Source of the DNA: an uncultured Eubacteriales bacterium
Lineage (GTDB): Bacteria > Bacillota > Clostridia > Lachnospirales > CAMVHY01
Assembly (NCBI GenBank): GCA_948543815.1
Contig: CAOVHW010000002.1
Location: 89,215 to 153,214, forward strand
DNA length: 64,000 nucleotides
Reading direction: 5' to 3'
The notes under the pieces were generated by a model. The model was not told the origin of the DNA, searched no databases, and saw only the letters and a program-made list of their open reading frames with translations. Positions 1 to 11,123 of the stretch are shown piece by piece. Position 1 is the first letter of the stretch, and each line of letters begins with the position of its first letter. The translations under genes were made by a program, and so were the position numbers.

Positions 1-2
1 AA

Positions 3-404
3 CAAACGCTTAAAAAAATTTCTGACGAATGCTTTGATGTATTTATATCTGAACAAGCACAAAAATTAATTTCGTACATAGATGAAAAATATCATGACCA
101 TTTGGAATTTTTATGGCCTAAATTTCCACGTGATGCTATTTGGCGCAGAAAAGATAATCGAAAATGGTACGTATTATTGCTTGCTATCTCAAAACATAAA
201 TTAGGAATTGATTCAGATGAAATTGTTGAGATAATAGATTTTCGTGTGCCGCCACAAAAATTACAATCGCTGCTAGATAATAAAATATTTTTTCCGGGCT
301 ATCATATGAATAAAAAGCATTGGTGTACAATTATTTTGAATAACTCTGTACCAACTGAAAAAATTTATGAATTTATAGCGCAAAGTCGTTTACTTGCTAT
401 TTAA
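3..404 (+). CDS. MmcQ/YjbR family DNA-binding protein (5' end cut by window edge)
   Basis: The frame is open from position 3 to TAA 402-404, so the track's TTG at 102 is internal. HLEFLWPKFPRDAIWRRKDNRKWYVLLL and FFPGYHMNKKHWCTIIL fit the YjbR/MmcQ pattern as I remember it. A hairpin terminator follows. Confidence 0.6.
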   Translation, partial: QTLKKISDECFDVFISEQAQKLISYIDEKYHDHLEFLWPKFPRDAIWRRKDNRKWYVLLLAISKHKLGIDSDEIVEIIDFRVPPQKLQSLLDNKIFFPGYHMNKKHWCTIILNNSVPTEKIYEFIAQSRLLAI

Positions 405-429
405 ACTTCGCAGATGCGAAGTTTTTTTT
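405..429 (+). terminator. Rho-independent terminator
   Basis: Hairpin acttcgc-agat-gcgaagt followed by a T-run, directly after the stop codon. Confidence 0.7.
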
Positions 430-483
430 ATGGGACACATTGGACAACATTTTCATAAGCTGTTATAAAAGGAGGCTATGAAA

Positions 484-849
484 ATGGAAAAACTCGCGCT
501 CGAATATTATAAAAACGGCTATAACTGTTCCCAATGTATATTAAAAGCGGCTGCCGATCGATTCGATATTGTTTTGCCTAAAAAATGTTTGAATATGTGT
601 CGCGGTATTAATAATGGTTTTGGCGTCGGTTCAGTTTGTAGCGTATTAGTTGCTGCTATCATAACGCTCGGATTATTTTTCAATGAACAATCACTCAAAC
701 GTGTCCGTATAAATTTCTTGAACGATTTTAATTCTAAATACGGAAGCTTAAATTGTGCGCAACTTAAAAGTAAAAATAATTGCGAAGAAATTATTTCTGA
801 CGTCGCTCAAATCTTAGAAAAAATTATTTTATCCAAATCAAATATTTGA
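484..849 (+). CDS. C_GCAxxG_C_C family protein
   Basis: Small protein with N-terminal YNCSQC and central NNGFGVGSVCSVL segments typical of the C_GCAxxG_C_C family. GGAGG (471-475) lies 8 nt before ATG 484; the track start at 478 is only 2 nt from the SD. Confidence 0.55.
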   Translation: MEKLALEYYKNGYNCSQCILKAAADRFDIVLPKKCLNMCRGINNGFGVGSVCSVLVAAIITLGLFFNEQSLKRVRINFLNDFNSKYGSLNCAQLKSKNNCEEIISDVAQILEKIILSKSNI

Positions 850-913
850 AAATTTTATCTTTAATTTTGTGCTATAATTTCTCTAAAATACTTGATAAAA
901 GGGCAAATTTTAG

Positions 914-2872
914 ATGAATAATTATGATAATGAAAGTATCTCGTCTTTAAAAGGTGCGGAACGCGTACGAAAACGTCCGGCCGTTATCTTTGGCTCCGAT
1001 GATATTGACGGTTGCCAGCATTCTGTGTTCGAAATTATTTCAAATTCTATTGACGAAGCACGCGAAGGTTTCGGTAAAAAAATCGAAATTCATCGTTATG
1101 TAGATGATTCAATTTCTGTAAAAGATTATGGACGCGGAATCCCTGTCGATTTTAATCAAAATGAAAATTGCTACAATTGGCAGCTTTTATTTTGTGAATT
1201 ATATGCTGGCGGAAAATTTTCTAATGTCGATGAACAAAATTATTCTTTTAGTTTAGGTTTAAACGGGCTGGGCTTATGTTCGACGCAATATAGTTCTGAA
1301 TATATGGACGTAGAAATTTTTCGCGATGGCTTTAAATATAATTTACATTTTGAGAAAGGCGAAAATGTCGGCGGTTTGCAGAAATCTAAAGCAAATCTTT
1401 CAGCAACTTCAACATTTATAAAATGGAAACCAGATCGTGAAGTTTTTACGTCTATTGATATTCCGCACGAATTTTTTGTCGATATTTTACGACGTCAAGC
1501 TATCGTTAATGCTGGATTGTTATTCGAATTTGTAGATGAAAAAACGGATACAAAGCAAAATTTTATTTACCAGAATGGAATTAAAGATTACATAAATGAA
1601 ATAAGTGCGGATAAAAATTTGACCGCAATTTATTTTTTTAATCATGAAGCTTATGGCAAGGACCGTGATGATAAACAAAAATATAAGCTCAAATTTGAAA
1701 TCTCATTTTGCTTTAATAATGAAATTAATTTGATGGAATATTATCATAATTCAAGTTGGCTTGAATATGGCGGTTCTCCTGATAAAGCTATTCGCTCAGC
1801 ATTTTTATCGGTCATCGATAATTATTTGCGTGAAAATTCGCTTTACAAAAAAGATGAAAAAAAAATTATATTTCAGGATATAGAAGACAGTTTGATTTTA
1901 ATTTCAAGTTCTTTCTCAACCTCAACAAGCTATGAGAATCAAACTAAAAAATCAATTACCAACAAATTTATTCAAGATGAAATGACAAATTATTTAAAAA
2001 CACAGCTCAAAATATTGCTCATAGAAAATAAAGCTGATGCCGAAAAAATTTGTGCGCAAATCCTCGCGAATAAACGCAGTCGTGAAACTGCCGAACGTAC
2101 ACGTATCAACATCAAAAAAAAATTAACGGGCAACATCGACATAAATAATCGTGTTGAAAAATTTGTTGACTGTCGTTCGAAAGATACAAACAAACGTGAA
2201 ATTTATATTGTTGAAGGTGATTCAGCGCTCGGTGCGTGCAAACTTGGCCGTGATTCTGAATTTCAAGCGATTATGCCTGTGCGCGGAAAAATTTTAAATT
2301 GCCTTAAGGCTAGTTTGGATAAAATTATGGCCAGCGATATTATTATCGATTTGATAAAAGTTTTAGGCTGCGGAATTGAAATAAAATCGAAGAATAAAGA
2401 TTTGGTATCGTTTGATTTGGCAAAGCTTCGTTGGAATAAAATTATTATATGTACGGATGCGGATGTCGATGGTTTTCAAATTAGAACGTTAATTTTGACA
2501 ATGCTTTATTGTTTGACACCAACGCTTATAAATGAAAAGAAAGTTTTTATTGCGGAATCACCGCTTTACGAAATAAATTATGGCAAAAAAACTTTTTTTG
2601 CTTACACTGAAAAAGAAAAGTCCGATATAATAAAAAAATTTGACGGTAAATATACAATTCAGCGCTCAAAAGGTTTAGGGGAAAATGAACCCGATATGAT
2701 GTGGCAAACAACAATGAATCCGCAAACACGAAAATTAATTCAAGTTTGTCCAGAAGAAATTGAACACACTCAAAAAATTTTTGATATGTTGCTCGGTACT
2801 GATCTTGAAAGCCGTAAAAATTTTATTGCAAATTTTGGTTACAAATATTTAGATTTGATTGATGTAAGTTAA
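914..2872 (+). CDS. Type IIA DNA topoisomerase subunit B (ParE/GyrB paralogue)
   Basis: GHKL ATPase motifs (EIISNSIDEA, GLNGLGL) and Toprim motifs (IVEGDSALGA, CTDADVDGFQI). 652 aa, immediately upstream of the A subunit. Confidence 0.85.
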   Translation: MNNYDNESISSLKGAERVRKRPAVIFGSDDIDGCQHSVFEIISNSIDEAREGFGKKIEIHRYVDDSISVKDYGRGIPVDFNQNENCYNWQLLFCELYAGGKFSNVDEQNYSFSLGLNGLGLCSTQYSSEYMDVEIFRDGFKYNLHFEKGENVGGLQKSKANLSATSTFIKWKPDREVFTSIDIPHEFFVDILRRQAIVNAGLLFEFVDEKTDTKQNFIYQNGIKDYINEISADKNLTAIYFFNHEAYGKDRDDKQKYKLKFEISFCFNNEINLMEYYHNSSWLEYGGSPDKAIRSAFLSVIDNYLRENSLYKKDEKKIIFQDIEDSLILISSSFSTSTSYENQTKKSITNKFIQDEMTNYLKTQLKILLIENKADAEKICAQILANKRSRETAERTRINIKKKLTGNIDINNRVEKFVDCRSKDTNKREIYIVEGDSALGACKLGRDSEFQAIMPVRGKILNCLKASLDKIMASDIIIDLIKVLGCGIEIKSKNKDLVSFDLAKLRWNKIIICTDADVDGFQIRTLILTMLYCLTPTLINEKKVFIAESPLYEINYGKKTFFAYTEKEKSDIIKKFDGKYTIQRSKGLGENEPDMMWQTTMNPQTRKLIQVCPEEIEHTQKIFDMLLGTDLESRKNFIANFGYKYLDLIDVS

Positions 2873-2883
2873 AGGTGATAAAG

Positions 2884-5019
2884 ATGAAAAACACGACGGT
2901 GCAAAATATAACTGACACTTTAGAATTAAATTATATGCCGTACGCAATGAGTGTTATTGTTTCACGCGCTATTCCGGAAATTGATGGCTTCAAACCGGCT
3001 CATAGAAAATTATTGTATATGATGTACAAAATGGGTTTGCTGAATGGCAATCGTATAAAATCAGCGGATGTTGTCGGACAGACAATGCGTTTAAATCCAC
3101 ACGGCGATAGTGCAATCTATGAAACGCTTGTACGTCTTACGCGCGGGAATGATGCGTTGCTGCATCCATTTATTGATTCGAAAGGAAATTTTGGCAAGCA
3201 ATATTCATCTGATATGGCATATGCTGCAAGCCGATACACTGAAGTCAAATTAGCGCCGATATGTAATGAATTATTTGCAGACATTGAAAAAAATACGGTT
3301 GATTTTGTTGACAATTATAATGGTTCGATGAAAGAACCATTATTATTTCCCGTGTCATTTCCAAATATTTTAGTAACGGCCAATCAAGGAATTGCGGTTG
3401 GCATGGCAAGTAATATTTGCAGTTTTAATTTGAAAGAAGTTTGCGACGCCACAATTGCTTTCATAAAAAATGATGACGTATTCAAATTTATAAAGGCGCC
3501 TGATTTTTCAACTGGTGGCGAAATTATTTATGATGGAAGTGAAATGCAAAAGATATTTGAAACGGGTCGTGGAAGTTTTAAAATTCGTGCGCGCTATCGT
3601 TTTGATAAAAAAAATTCGTGCATAGAAATTTTTGAAATTCCGTACACGACTACGATTGAGGCGATAATAAATAAAATTATTTTGTTGGTTAAAACGAACA
3701 AAATTCGTCAAATAAATGATGTTCGCGATGAGACAGATTTGAGTGGTTTGAAAATTGCGATTGATGTCAAAAAAAATTGCGACTATAAATTGCTGATGAA
3801 TAATTTATTTTACATGACGCCACTTTGTGATACTTTTAGTTGTAACTTCAACGTTTTAATTGATGGTAAACCACAAACGCTCGGTATAAAAAAAATTCTT
3901 GAATATTGGTATGAATTTCGTTTTAAATGTGTAACGCGCTGCATAAAGTTTGATTTAGAAAATTATCGTCGTCGTTTACATCTTTTAAATGGGTTACAAA
4001 AAATTTTACTGGATATCGATAAGGCGATAAAAATAATTCGGCAAACTCATGAGGAAAAATTTGTGTTGCAAAATCTTATGGATGCATTTGATATTGATAA
4101 GATTCAAGCAGAATATGTTTGCGAAATAAAATTGCGCAATTTAAATCGTGAATATTTGTTAAATAAAACTTTGGAACACGAAAATTTGCAAAAAACATTA
4201 AATGAACTTGAAAAAACTTTGAGCGATAAAAATAAAATTGATAAAATAATTTGTGATGAATTAGCAAATGTTTCAAAAAAATATGCTCAACCGCGCCGCA
4301 CTCAAATAGTTTCTGAGCAATTAAGTGCGCCACAAATAATTGATTGTCCGATAAAATTAATTTTAACGAAACAAAATTATTGCAAAAAAATCCTCAAATC
4401 TAATTCTGTTCAAAATTTGAAGGATAATGACCAAATAATTGCAGAAGTTGATGCGACAAATACTTCAGATATAATTTTTTTCTCAGATCAACAAAATGTT
4501 TATAAATTAAAAGCGCACGAACTTAATTTTTGTAAAGCAGCAAATTTGGGCGAATACATGAAAAATTATTTAAAATTGCCTGACAATGAAAATTTAATTT
4601 TTATGGCTACTACAAAAAATTATGATGGAAATTTCATTTTTGTCTTTGAGAATGGCAAAGTTGCAAAAATAAAAGCACAATGTTACCAAACCAAACTTAA
4701 TCGTAAAAAATTGATTAACGCTTATGGAAAAAATTCAAAGCTTATTGGCATCGATTACATAAAAAACGACACCGATTATGTTTTAATTCGTGACGGCGAA
4801 AAAGCTGTTATGTTTAATTCAAAACTTATTCCTCCTAAAATAACTAAATCTTCCAACGGTATTCAAGTTTTTGTCATGAAAAAGAAAAGTGTTATTACGA
4901 AATTTTTGCGGGCTGAAAATTTTGTTTGTGACGACAAAGAAATTTATCGTATAAATAAAATACCGTCAGCCGGTAAAAAAATTTTGACTGACGGTCAAAT
5001 TAATTTGTTTGAAAATTAA
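2884..5019 (+). CDS. Type IIA DNA topoisomerase subunit A (ParC/GyrA paralogue, short C-terminal domain)
   Basis: [26 protein letters not shown] and the active-site [10 protein letters not shown] motif. About 711 aa with no GyrA-box-like string seen. AAAGGTGA SD before ATG 2884; the track's GTG 2875 lies inside the SD. Confidence 0.85.
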   Translation: MKNTTVQNITDTLELNYMPYAMSVIVSRAIPEIDGFKPAHRKLLYMMYKMGLLNGNRIKSADVVGQTMRLNPHGDSAIYETLVRLTRGNDALLHPFIDSKGNFGKQYSSDMAYAASRYTEVKLAPICNELFADIEKNTVDFVDNYNGSMKEPLLFPVSFPNILVTANQGIAVGMASNICSFNLKEVCDATIAFIKNDDVFKFIKAPDFSTGGEIIYDGSEMQKIFETGRGSFKIRARYRFDKKNSCIEIFEIPYTTTIEAIINKIILLVKTNKIRQINDVRDETDLSGLKIAIDVKKNCDYKLLMNNLFYMTPLCDTFSCNFNVLIDGKPQTLGIKKILEYWYEFRFKCVTRCIKFDLENYRRRLHLLNGLQKILLDIDKAIKIIRQTHEEKFVLQNLMDAFDIDKIQAEYVCEIKLRNLNREYLLNKTLEHENLQKTLNELEKTLSDKNKIDKIICDELANVSKKYAQPRRTQIVSEQLSAPQIIDCPIKLILTKQNYCKKILKSNSVQNLKDNDQIIAEVDATNTSDIIFFSDQQNVYKLKAHELNFCKAANLGEYMKNYLKLPDNENLIFMATTKNYDGNFIFVFENGKVAKIKAQCYQTKLNRKKLINAYGKNSKLIGIDYIKNDTDYVLIRDGEKAVMFNSKLIPPKITKSSNGIQVFVMKKKSVITKFLRAENFVCDDKEIYRINKIPSAGKKILTDGQINLFEN

Positions 5020-6377
5020 AATTCTGCATTATTAACTGTACGTGGGAATGGAATTACGTCGCGTATATTTGAAATTCCGGTTAAGTACATAATAAATCGT
5101 TCAAATCCAAGTCCGTAGCCAGAATGTTTTACACTGCCAAAACGCCGTAAATCTAAATACCACCAATAATCATCGAGATTGAGATTTAATTTTTTCATTT
5201 TTTCTATTAACAAGTCATATCGTTCTTCACGTTGACTTCCGCCAATAATTTCTCCAATACCAGGAACTAAAAGGTCCATCGCTGCAACAGTTTTTTCATC
5301 TTCGTTAATTCGCATGTAAAATGCTTTTATATCTTTAGGATAATCAGTAATGAAAACTGGTTTTTTGAAAACTTCGTCTGTCAGATATTTTTCATGTTCT
5401 GTTTGTAAATCAACGCCCCAATTTATCGGATATTCGAAATTTTTTTGTGCGCTTTCCAATAATTTTATAGCCTGTGTATAAGTTATACACTCAAATTTTG
5501 AATTGGTAACATTATTTAATCGCTCAAGTAAGTTCGTATCGATAAATTTATTACAAAATTCAAGTTCATCATGTCCATTTTCAATGACATATTTGATTGC
5601 GTATCTTAACATGTTTTCGGCAACTTTCATGCATTCATTTAAATTGGTGAATGCCATTTCAGGCTCAATCATCCAAAATTCTGCAGCATGTCGTGGCGTA
5701 TTTGAATTTTCTGCGCGAAAAGTTGGGCCAAACGTATAAACTTTTCGAAATGCTGAAGCAAAAGTTTCTGCAGAAAGTTGACCACTTACTGTCAAGTAAG
5801 CCATTTTTCCAAAAAAATCTTCATTTGCATCGTCAAAATTTTTCTTCAAAGTTGTTACGCGAAACATTTCGCCTGCGCCTTCACAATCACTTGTTGTAAT
5901 AATTGGCGTATTGACATAAATAAAATCGTTTTCACTAAAAAATTTATGAATTGCAATTGCAGCGAGCGAACGTATTTTGAAAACTGCTAAAAAAGTATTT
6001 GTACGCGGACGAAGATGTGCTATCGTACGCAAAAATTCTAATGAGTGACGTTTTTTTTGCAATGGGAAATTTTCTGCTGCTTCATTTTCAATTTCAATTT
6101 TTTTTGCGTGTATTTCAAACGATTGTTTTTGGCCAAAACTTTCCGTAACCTCGCCGCTAATTATAATACTTGAGCCAATTCCAAGCTTTGAAATAGCTTC
6201 ATAATTTTCAAGTTCGTTGTCAAAAACAATTTGTATACATTTGAAACAACTTCCATCATTTAATTCGATAAAGCTAACATTTTTTGAATTGCGTAAAGTT
6301 TTTATCCAACCGCCTAAAATTACTTCGCTGCCAAGATATTTTTTGCTTTCATCAAATATTTCTTTTATTGTAATCAT
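5016..6377 (-). CDS. asnS: Asparagine--tRNA ligase
   Basis: Class IIb aaRS layout: N-terminal OB fold, FRAE motif 2 region, and [27 protein letters not shown] with a C-terminal NAEF ending. 453 aa. Confidence 0.85.
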   Translation of the reverse strand: MITIKEIFDESKKYLGSEVILGGWIKTLRNSKNVSFIELNDGSCFKCIQIVFDNELENYEAISKLGIGSSIIISGEVTESFGQKQSFEIHAKKIEIENEAAENFPLQKKRHSLEFLRTIAHLRPRTNTFLAVFKIRSLAAIAIHKFFSENDFIYVNTPIITTSDCEGAGEMFRVTTLKKNFDDANEDFFGKMAYLTVSGQLSAETFASAFRKVYTFGPTFRAENSNTPRHAAEFWMIEPEMAFTNLNECMKVAENMLRYAIKYVIENGHDELEFCNKFIDTNLLERLNNVTNSKFECITYTQAIKLLESAQKNFEYPINWGVDLQTEHEKYLTDEVFKKPVFITDYPKDIKAFYMRINEDEKTVAAMDLLVPGIGEIIGGSQREERYDLLIEKMKKLNLNLDDYWWYLDLRRFGSVKHSGYGLGFERFIMYLTGISNIRDVIPFPRTVNNAEF

Positions 6378-6390
6378 AAAAATCCTCCAC

Positions 6391-7341
6391 TTAAATTTTT
6401 AGTAACAAAATGATAATTGAAGTTAAATTCAAACAAACATTTATCAAAAATAGATAGCGTACAACTTGATTCGTATTCATTCCCGATGCTAACAGTCGAT
6501 AATGAATTTGTGTCGCATCAGGTTTGTAAAAAGGTTTATGCTGCAAAAATCGTTTTATTACCACAAAAATATTATCGAAAATTGGCACACCTAACGCCAA
6601 AATTGGAATGAATACCGAAATTACTGTTGCTTGTTTAAATGCACCATAAAGTGAAATTACGGCAAGCATGTATCCCAAAAAAGTTGCGCCTGAATCACCC
6701 ATAAATATTTTTGCCGGATGAAAATTGTATTTCAAAAATCCTAGTACTGTTCCGATTAATAAAACTGAAATCATTGCTGGAATTGGCTGATTTTTATAAA
6801 TTGCAACTATAAATAATGTAATAGAAGATATACATGAAAAACCGCCGGCTAATCCATCTAAGCCGTCAGAAAAATTCATAACGGTTATAACGCCAAATAC
6901 CCACAAAATTGTCAAAATGAATTGCAAATAATTTGGGAAGAGGCAATAAGTATTGTTAAATGGATTCATAAATCCTGTGAATCTTATTCCAACTGAATAC
7001 AAAATAATTGCGGAGGTAACTTGAATTATAACGCGTGGCATTATTCCGAATTCAAGTCCTTTTGTTTTATAGCAATCATCAATAATACCGATTGAGATAA
7101 CTAATAAACTTCCAATTAAAATTGCAATATGTTTAGGATTATTAATACCGACAAATAAAATGAAATTGATAGAAAAACTTATATACATAGCTAGTCCACC
7201 AATAAGTGGGACAGGTTTCTCATGCATTTTACGTTTAGTAGGCCTATCAACAAAATTATTTTTTAGTGCGAAATTAATTAATGGAGGTGTTATTAAGTAA
7301 ACGATTAGGAAAGAAGTTAAGATAGGTAAAAAAAATTTCAT
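6391..7341 (-). CDS. Glycosyltransferase family 4, undecaprenyl-phosphate GlcNAc-1-phosphate transferase (WecA/TagO type)
   Basis: Polytopic membrane protein with [27 protein letters not shown] and [12 protein letters not shown] motifs of the MraY/WecA superfamily. The N-terminal motif favours WecA/TagO over MraY. It ends 13 nt upstream of asnS. Confidence 0.7.
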   Translation of the reverse strand: MKFFLPILTSFLIVYLITPPLINFALKNNFVDRPTKRKMHEKPVPLIGGLAMYISFSINFILFVGINNPKHIAILIGSLLVISIGIIDDCYKTKGLEFGIMPRVIIQVTSAIILYSVGIRFTGFMNPFNNTYCLFPNYLQFILTILWVFGVITVMNFSDGLDGLAGGFSCISSITLFIVAIYKNQPIPAMISVLLIGTVLGFLKYNFHPAKIFMGDSGATFLGYMLAVISLYGAFKQATVISVFIPILALGVPIFDNIFVVIKRFLQHKPFYKPDATQIHYRLLASGMNTNQVVRYLFLINVCLNLTSIIILLLKI

Positions 7342-7485
7342 TAAGAATCACCGCTCCGAAAAATTTAAATTTTACAATATACTAGCATAATCAAATGCAA
7401 TATTCAATAAAAAAAGACAAAAATTTTTCAGTTATTACTTTAATATTTTTTACCATGAATAAAAAAAATATAATCAAGAAATTTC

Positions 7486-7514
7486 TTGACAGTATTTTTC
7501 TAAGAGAATAAAAT
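7486..7514 (+). promoter_or_regulatory. Sigma-A-type promoter upstream of rny
   Basis: TTGACA (7486-7491), 17-nt spacer, TAAAAT (7509-7514). Confidence 0.5.
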
Positions 7515-7574
7515 AAAAAATGGTCCAAGTTACTGAAAATCATTTATGCCGAAAAAAATTAAGGAGGTGAATGA

Positions 7575-9146
7575 ATGGAAAAAATTTTTATCGTTATTAC
7601 TGCTATCATTACTTTCATTTTAGGTATTTTATATAATAAACATTGTGAGAAAAAGAAAACTGATATTGCTAAAAATTCCGCTGAGAATATTATTAAAGAT
7701 GCTCAGGAAAAATTAAATTATGCTGAGAGTGAGGCAATTAATATTCGTAACAATGCGGAAACTCGTAAAAAAGAAATATTACTCGATGCGAAAGAACAAG
7801 CTATTAAAATTAAAGATGATGCCGAAAAAGAAATCCGTACCCAAAAATTAGATATCCAACAACGTGAAACTCGTTTATTAAAAAAAGAAGAAAAGCTTGA
7901 GAAAAAAAATGAGGTACTTGAAAAAAAAGAAAATCTTTTAGATGAAAAATCTGAAGCTTTAGAATTAAAAGCAATTGATTTGGATAAACTAATTGAGCGG
8001 CAAAATAAAGAATTACAGAAAATTTCTGGCCTAAATCGTGAACAGGCTAAAGAAATTATTTTAAATAAGATAAAAGAAGAAACTACTGCCGATGCCGCTA
8101 ATATTATTAAAGATATCGAAACAAATGCTAAGGTGGAAGCTGATAAGCGTGTTACGAATATTTTAACTAATGCAATGCAGCGTTGTAATATTGACCACGT
8201 AACGGAAACTACTGTTTCTGTCGTTGAACTGCCAAATGAAGATTTAAAAGGTAAAATTATCGGCCGTGAGGGTAGAAATATTCGTTTATTCGAATCACTT
8301 ACTGGTGTCGATTTAATTATTGACGATACGCCTGAATCAATTGTTTTATCCGCATTTAATCCGATACGTCGTGAAGTTGCACGATTAGCACTAGAAAAAT
8401 TAATAGCTGATGGACGGATTCATTCTGCAAGAATTGAGGAAGTTGTTGCGAAATCACAAAAAGAACTTGAGAATACTATATTTGAAGAAGGCGAGGCCGC
8501 AACATATGAGACAGGCGTCCAAAATTTACATCAAGAAATAATAAAACTTTTAGGCAAAATGAAATACAGAACAAGTTACGGACAAAATGCACTAAAGCAT
8601 TCGATAGAAGTTTCATTGCTATGTGGATTAATTGCGAGCGAATTGAATGTAGATATTTCATTGGCGAAACGTGCCGGACTTTTACATGATATAGGCAAAG
8701 CTGTTGACCATGAAATAGAAGGTTCACATATTTCTATCGGCGTTTCAATTTGTAAAAAATATCATGAATCGGATATCGTTATCAATGCTGTTGAGGCACA
8801 TCATGGTGAAGTTGAGCCGAAAAATATTATTGCAGTTATCGTTCAAGTAGCGGATGCAATTTCTGCTGCGAGACCGGGCGCACGTCGTGAAACTTTGGAA
8901 TCTTATATAAAACGTTTGGAGAATCTGGAGAAAATATCGGATTCATTCAGTGGCGTTGAAAAATCTTTTGCGATACATGCAGGCCGTGAACTTCGCATTA
9001 TTGTTATTCCGGATATTGTGGATGATAAAAAGCTACCGCTTTTGGCAAGAGATATTGCTAAAAAAATTGAGAATGAATTAGAATATTCGGGACAGATTAA
9101 GGTTAATATTATTCGTGAAACTCGCGCTATTGTATATGCTAATTAA
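7575..9146 (+). CDS. rny: Ribonuclease Y
   Basis: N-terminal TM helix, long charged coiled coil, KH domain ([12 protein letters not shown]) and HD domain ([12 protein letters not shown]). 523 aa. GGAGGTG SD. Confidence 0.9.
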   Translation: MEKIFIVITAIITFILGILYNKHCEKKKTDIAKNSAENIIKDAQEKLNYAESEAINIRNNAETRKKEILLDAKEQAIKIKDDAEKEIRTQKLDIQQRETRLLKKEEKLEKKNEVLEKKENLLDEKSEALELKAIDLDKLIERQNKELQKISGLNREQAKEIILNKIKEETTADAANIIKDIETNAKVEADKRVTNILTNAMQRCNIDHVTETTVSVVELPNEDLKGKIIGREGRNIRLFESLTGVDLIIDDTPESIVLSAFNPIRREVARLALEKLIADGRIHSARIEEVVAKSQKELENTIFEEGEAATYETGVQNLHQEIIKLLGKMKYRTSYGQNALKHSIEVSLLCGLIASELNVDISLAKRAGLLHDIGKAVDHEIEGSHISIGVSICKKYHESDIVINAVEAHHGEVEPKNIIAVIVQVADAISAARPGARRETLESYIKRLENLEKISDSFSGVEKSFAIHAGRELRIIVIPDIVDDKKLPLLARDIAKKIENELEYSGQIKVNIIRETRAIVYAN

Positions 9147-9153
9147 TTTTCAC

Positions 9154-9182
9154 TTGACAATTTTTTCTTTTCGTGATATTAT
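9154..9182 (+). promoter_or_regulatory. Sigma-A-type promoter (extended -10) upstream of the cold-shock gene
   Basis: TTGACA (9154-9159), 17-nt spacer, TG-n-TATTAT (9174-9182). Confidence 0.55.
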
Positions 9183-9235
9183 AAAGACGCAGTATGTTGA
9201 TATCTATTGTTTATTTTTTTAGGAGGATTTATTTA

Positions 9236-9439
9236 ATGAAAGTTGGTACTGTTAAGTGGTTTAATGCGGAAAAAGGTTTTGGATTTATTTCCGTTCCTGG
9301 TGAAGATGATGTATTTGTTCACTTTTCCGCGATTAACTCTGAAGGATATAAAACTTTAGAAGAAGGCCAAAAGGTTGAATTTGAGATAGTAAACGGAGCT
9401 AAAGGTTTACAAGCTGCAAATGTTACGCCAGTTGCTTAA
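9236..9439 (+). CDS. Cold-shock protein (CspA family)
   Basis: [18 protein letters not shown]...DVFVHFSAI carries the RNP1/RNP2 motifs. AGGAGG lies 7-8 nt upstream of ATG 9236, so the track start at 9194 is an upstream extension. Confidence 0.9.
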   Translation: MKVGTVKWFNAEKGFGFISVPGEDDVFVHFSAINSEGYKTLEEGQKVEFEIVNGAKGLQAANVTPVA

Positions 9440-9444
9440 TATTT

Positions 9445-9473
9445 AATCTCTCATTTATGAGGGATTTTTTTTT
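9445..9473 (+). terminator. Rho-independent terminator after csp
   Basis: Hairpin aatctctc / gagggatt followed by a T-run. Confidence 0.55.
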
Positions 9474-9483
9474 ACACTTTTTC

Positions 9484-9512
9484 TTGTCAATTAATGCATT
9501 ATTTTGTATAAT
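9484..9512 (+). promoter_or_regulatory. Sigma-A-type promoter upstream of comM
   Basis: TTGTCA (9484-9489), 17-nt spacer, TATAAT (9507-9512) preceded by TG. Confidence 0.5.
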
Positions 9513-9537
9513 GTAAAAAAATTATTGGAGTACAATT

Positions 9538-11067
9538 ATGATAGCTAAAATTTTAAGCGGTGCATTAATTGGTATCGAAGGTTATATTGTTAATGTTGAA
9601 GTCGATATCAGTCAGGGGCTGCCCGGAATTGATATTGTTGGCTTGCCGGATTCAGCTGTTAAAGAATCAAAAGAACGTGTACGAACTGCATTAAAAAATA
9701 CAAAGCATGCATTACCTGCAAGAAGAATAACTATAAATCTTGCACCGGCTGATATCCGTAAAGAAGGTCCTGCTTTTGATTTACCGATTGCTATTGGGAT
9801 TTTGGTTTGTATGGGAATAATTGATTGTGAAAAAATTAACGATACTTTCATAATTGGTGAACTTTCGCTTGACGGAACAATTCGTCATGTAAATGGAATT
9901 TTACCGATGATTTATAGCGCGTTTAAAAATAATATTAAAAAGTGTATTGTTCCTTTTGCAAATGCTGAAGAAGCAGCTATTGTTGAAGGAATTGAAGTTG
10001 TTGCCGTAAAAAATTTAGAAGAATTGTTATCACATTTTAATTTGCAATCTTTATCTCCAATAAAAATTAATGTCAATAGTATTTTCCAAAATACATCCGA
10101 AATATTTGACTTGGATTTTGCAGATGTTAAGGGGCAAGAAAATGTTAAGCGCGCAATAGAAATTGCAGCTGCTGGTAATCATAATATTTTGATGATTGGA
10201 CCGCCAGGTTCAGGTAAAACAATGATTGCAAAAAGGTTACCAGGAATATTGCCAGATTTAACGTTTGAAGAATCTGTTGATGTAACAAAAATTTATAGTG
10301 TTGCAGGATTGTTGACAAGTAAAAATATTTTGATTGTGCGGCGACCGTTTCGTTCTCCACATCATACAATTTCTTATTCAGCATTAACTGGTGGAGGAAG
10401 AATTCCGAAACCTGGAGAAATAAGTTTGGCACACAATGGAGTTTTGTTTTTAGATGAGTTGCCAGAATTCCACAAAAATGTTTTGGAAGTTATGCGTCAA
10501 CCGTTGGAAGACAAATATATTACAATTTCGCGTGTCAACAGCACGATTACTTATCCTGCAAATTTTATGATGGTTGCGTCAATGAATCCGTGTCCGTGTG
10601 GATATTACGGCTCGAGTACGAAATGTAATTGTACGTCAGGCGAGATTAGCAGATATTTGAATAAAATTTCTGGGCCGATGCTTGATAGAATTGACATACA
10701 AGTTGAAGCGGCAGCGGTTGATTATAAAGATTTGAGTAGCGTAAAAAAATCGGAAACTTCGTTGCAAATAAAGCAAAGAGTTATTCAAGCGCAAGATATA
10801 CAGGCACGGCGTTATAAAAATTTGAAAGTAAAATTTAATTCACAGCTTTCAGCTGCGCAAATTGAGCAGTACTGCAAAATTGATGAACAAGGTCAAAATA
10901 TTTTACGTCAGGCTTTTAACAGTTTAAATTTGAGTGCGCGTGCGTACAACAAAATTTTAAAGGTTGCGCGTACGATTGCCGATTTGGATTTTGCACAAAA
11001 TATTTTACCGCAACATATTGCGGAAGCAGTGCAGTACAGAAATTTAGATCGAAAATATTGGAATTAA
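9538..11067 (+). CDS. comM: YifB/ComM family Mg-chelatase-like ATPase
   Basis: N-terminal Lon-protease-like domain, AAA+ Walker A (GPPGSGKTM), GVLFLDELPEF Walker B and a Cys-rich PCPCGYYG insert. 509 aa. Confidence 0.85.
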   Translation: MIAKILSGALIGIEGYIVNVEVDISQGLPGIDIVGLPDSAVKESKERVRTALKNTKHALPARRITINLAPADIRKEGPAFDLPIAIGILVCMGIIDCEKINDTFIIGELSLDGTIRHVNGILPMIYSAFKNNIKKCIVPFANAEEAAIVEGIEVVAVKNLEELLSHFNLQSLSPIKINVNSIFQNTSEIFDLDFADVKGQENVKRAIEIAAAGNHNILMIGPPGSGKTMIAKRLPGILPDLTFEESVDVTKIYSVAGLLTSKNILIVRRPFRSPHHTISYSALTGGGRIPKPGEISLAHNGVLFLDELPEFHKNVLEVMRQPLEDKYITISRVNSTITYPANFMMVASMNPCPCGYYGSSTKCNCTSGEISRYLNKISGPMLDRIDIQVEAAAVDYKDLSSVKKSETSLQIKQRVIQAQDIQARRYKNLKVKFNSQLSAAQIEQYCKIDEQGQNILRQAFNSLNLSARAYNKILKVARTIADLDFAQNILPQHIAEAVQYRNLDRKYWN

Positions 11068-11071
11068 TAAT

Positions 11072-11100
11072 TTTTGCCGTATGTATGGCAAAATTTTTTT
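11072..11100 (+). terminator. Rho-independent terminator after comM
   Basis: Hairpin ttttgcc-gtatgtat-ggcaaaa followed by T7. Confidence 0.65.
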
Positions 11101-11123
11101 ATATAAAATTTAGTGAGGGCGAT

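Noticed and set aside
914-5019. Calling the topoisomerase genes gyrB and gyrA.
   Set aside because: There is no GyrA-box-like motif, the A-subunit C-terminal domain is short, several signature strings are non-canonical and the genomic context is not that of gyrase. I therefore kept the generic type IIA (ParE/ParC-like paralogue) call without a gene symbol.
6378-6390. Expected a T-box or other leader upstream of asnS.
   Set aside because: Only 13 nt separate asnS from the upstream glycosyltransferase gene, so there is no space for a riboswitch or leader. asnS is apparently co-transcribed.
9194-9235. The 14-aa N-terminal extension of the cold-shock protein in the ORF track.
   Set aside because: A canonical AGGAGG and the universal MKxGxVKWFN start at ATG 9236 make the upstream start implausible. 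The extension also overlaps the predicted promoter and 5' UTR.
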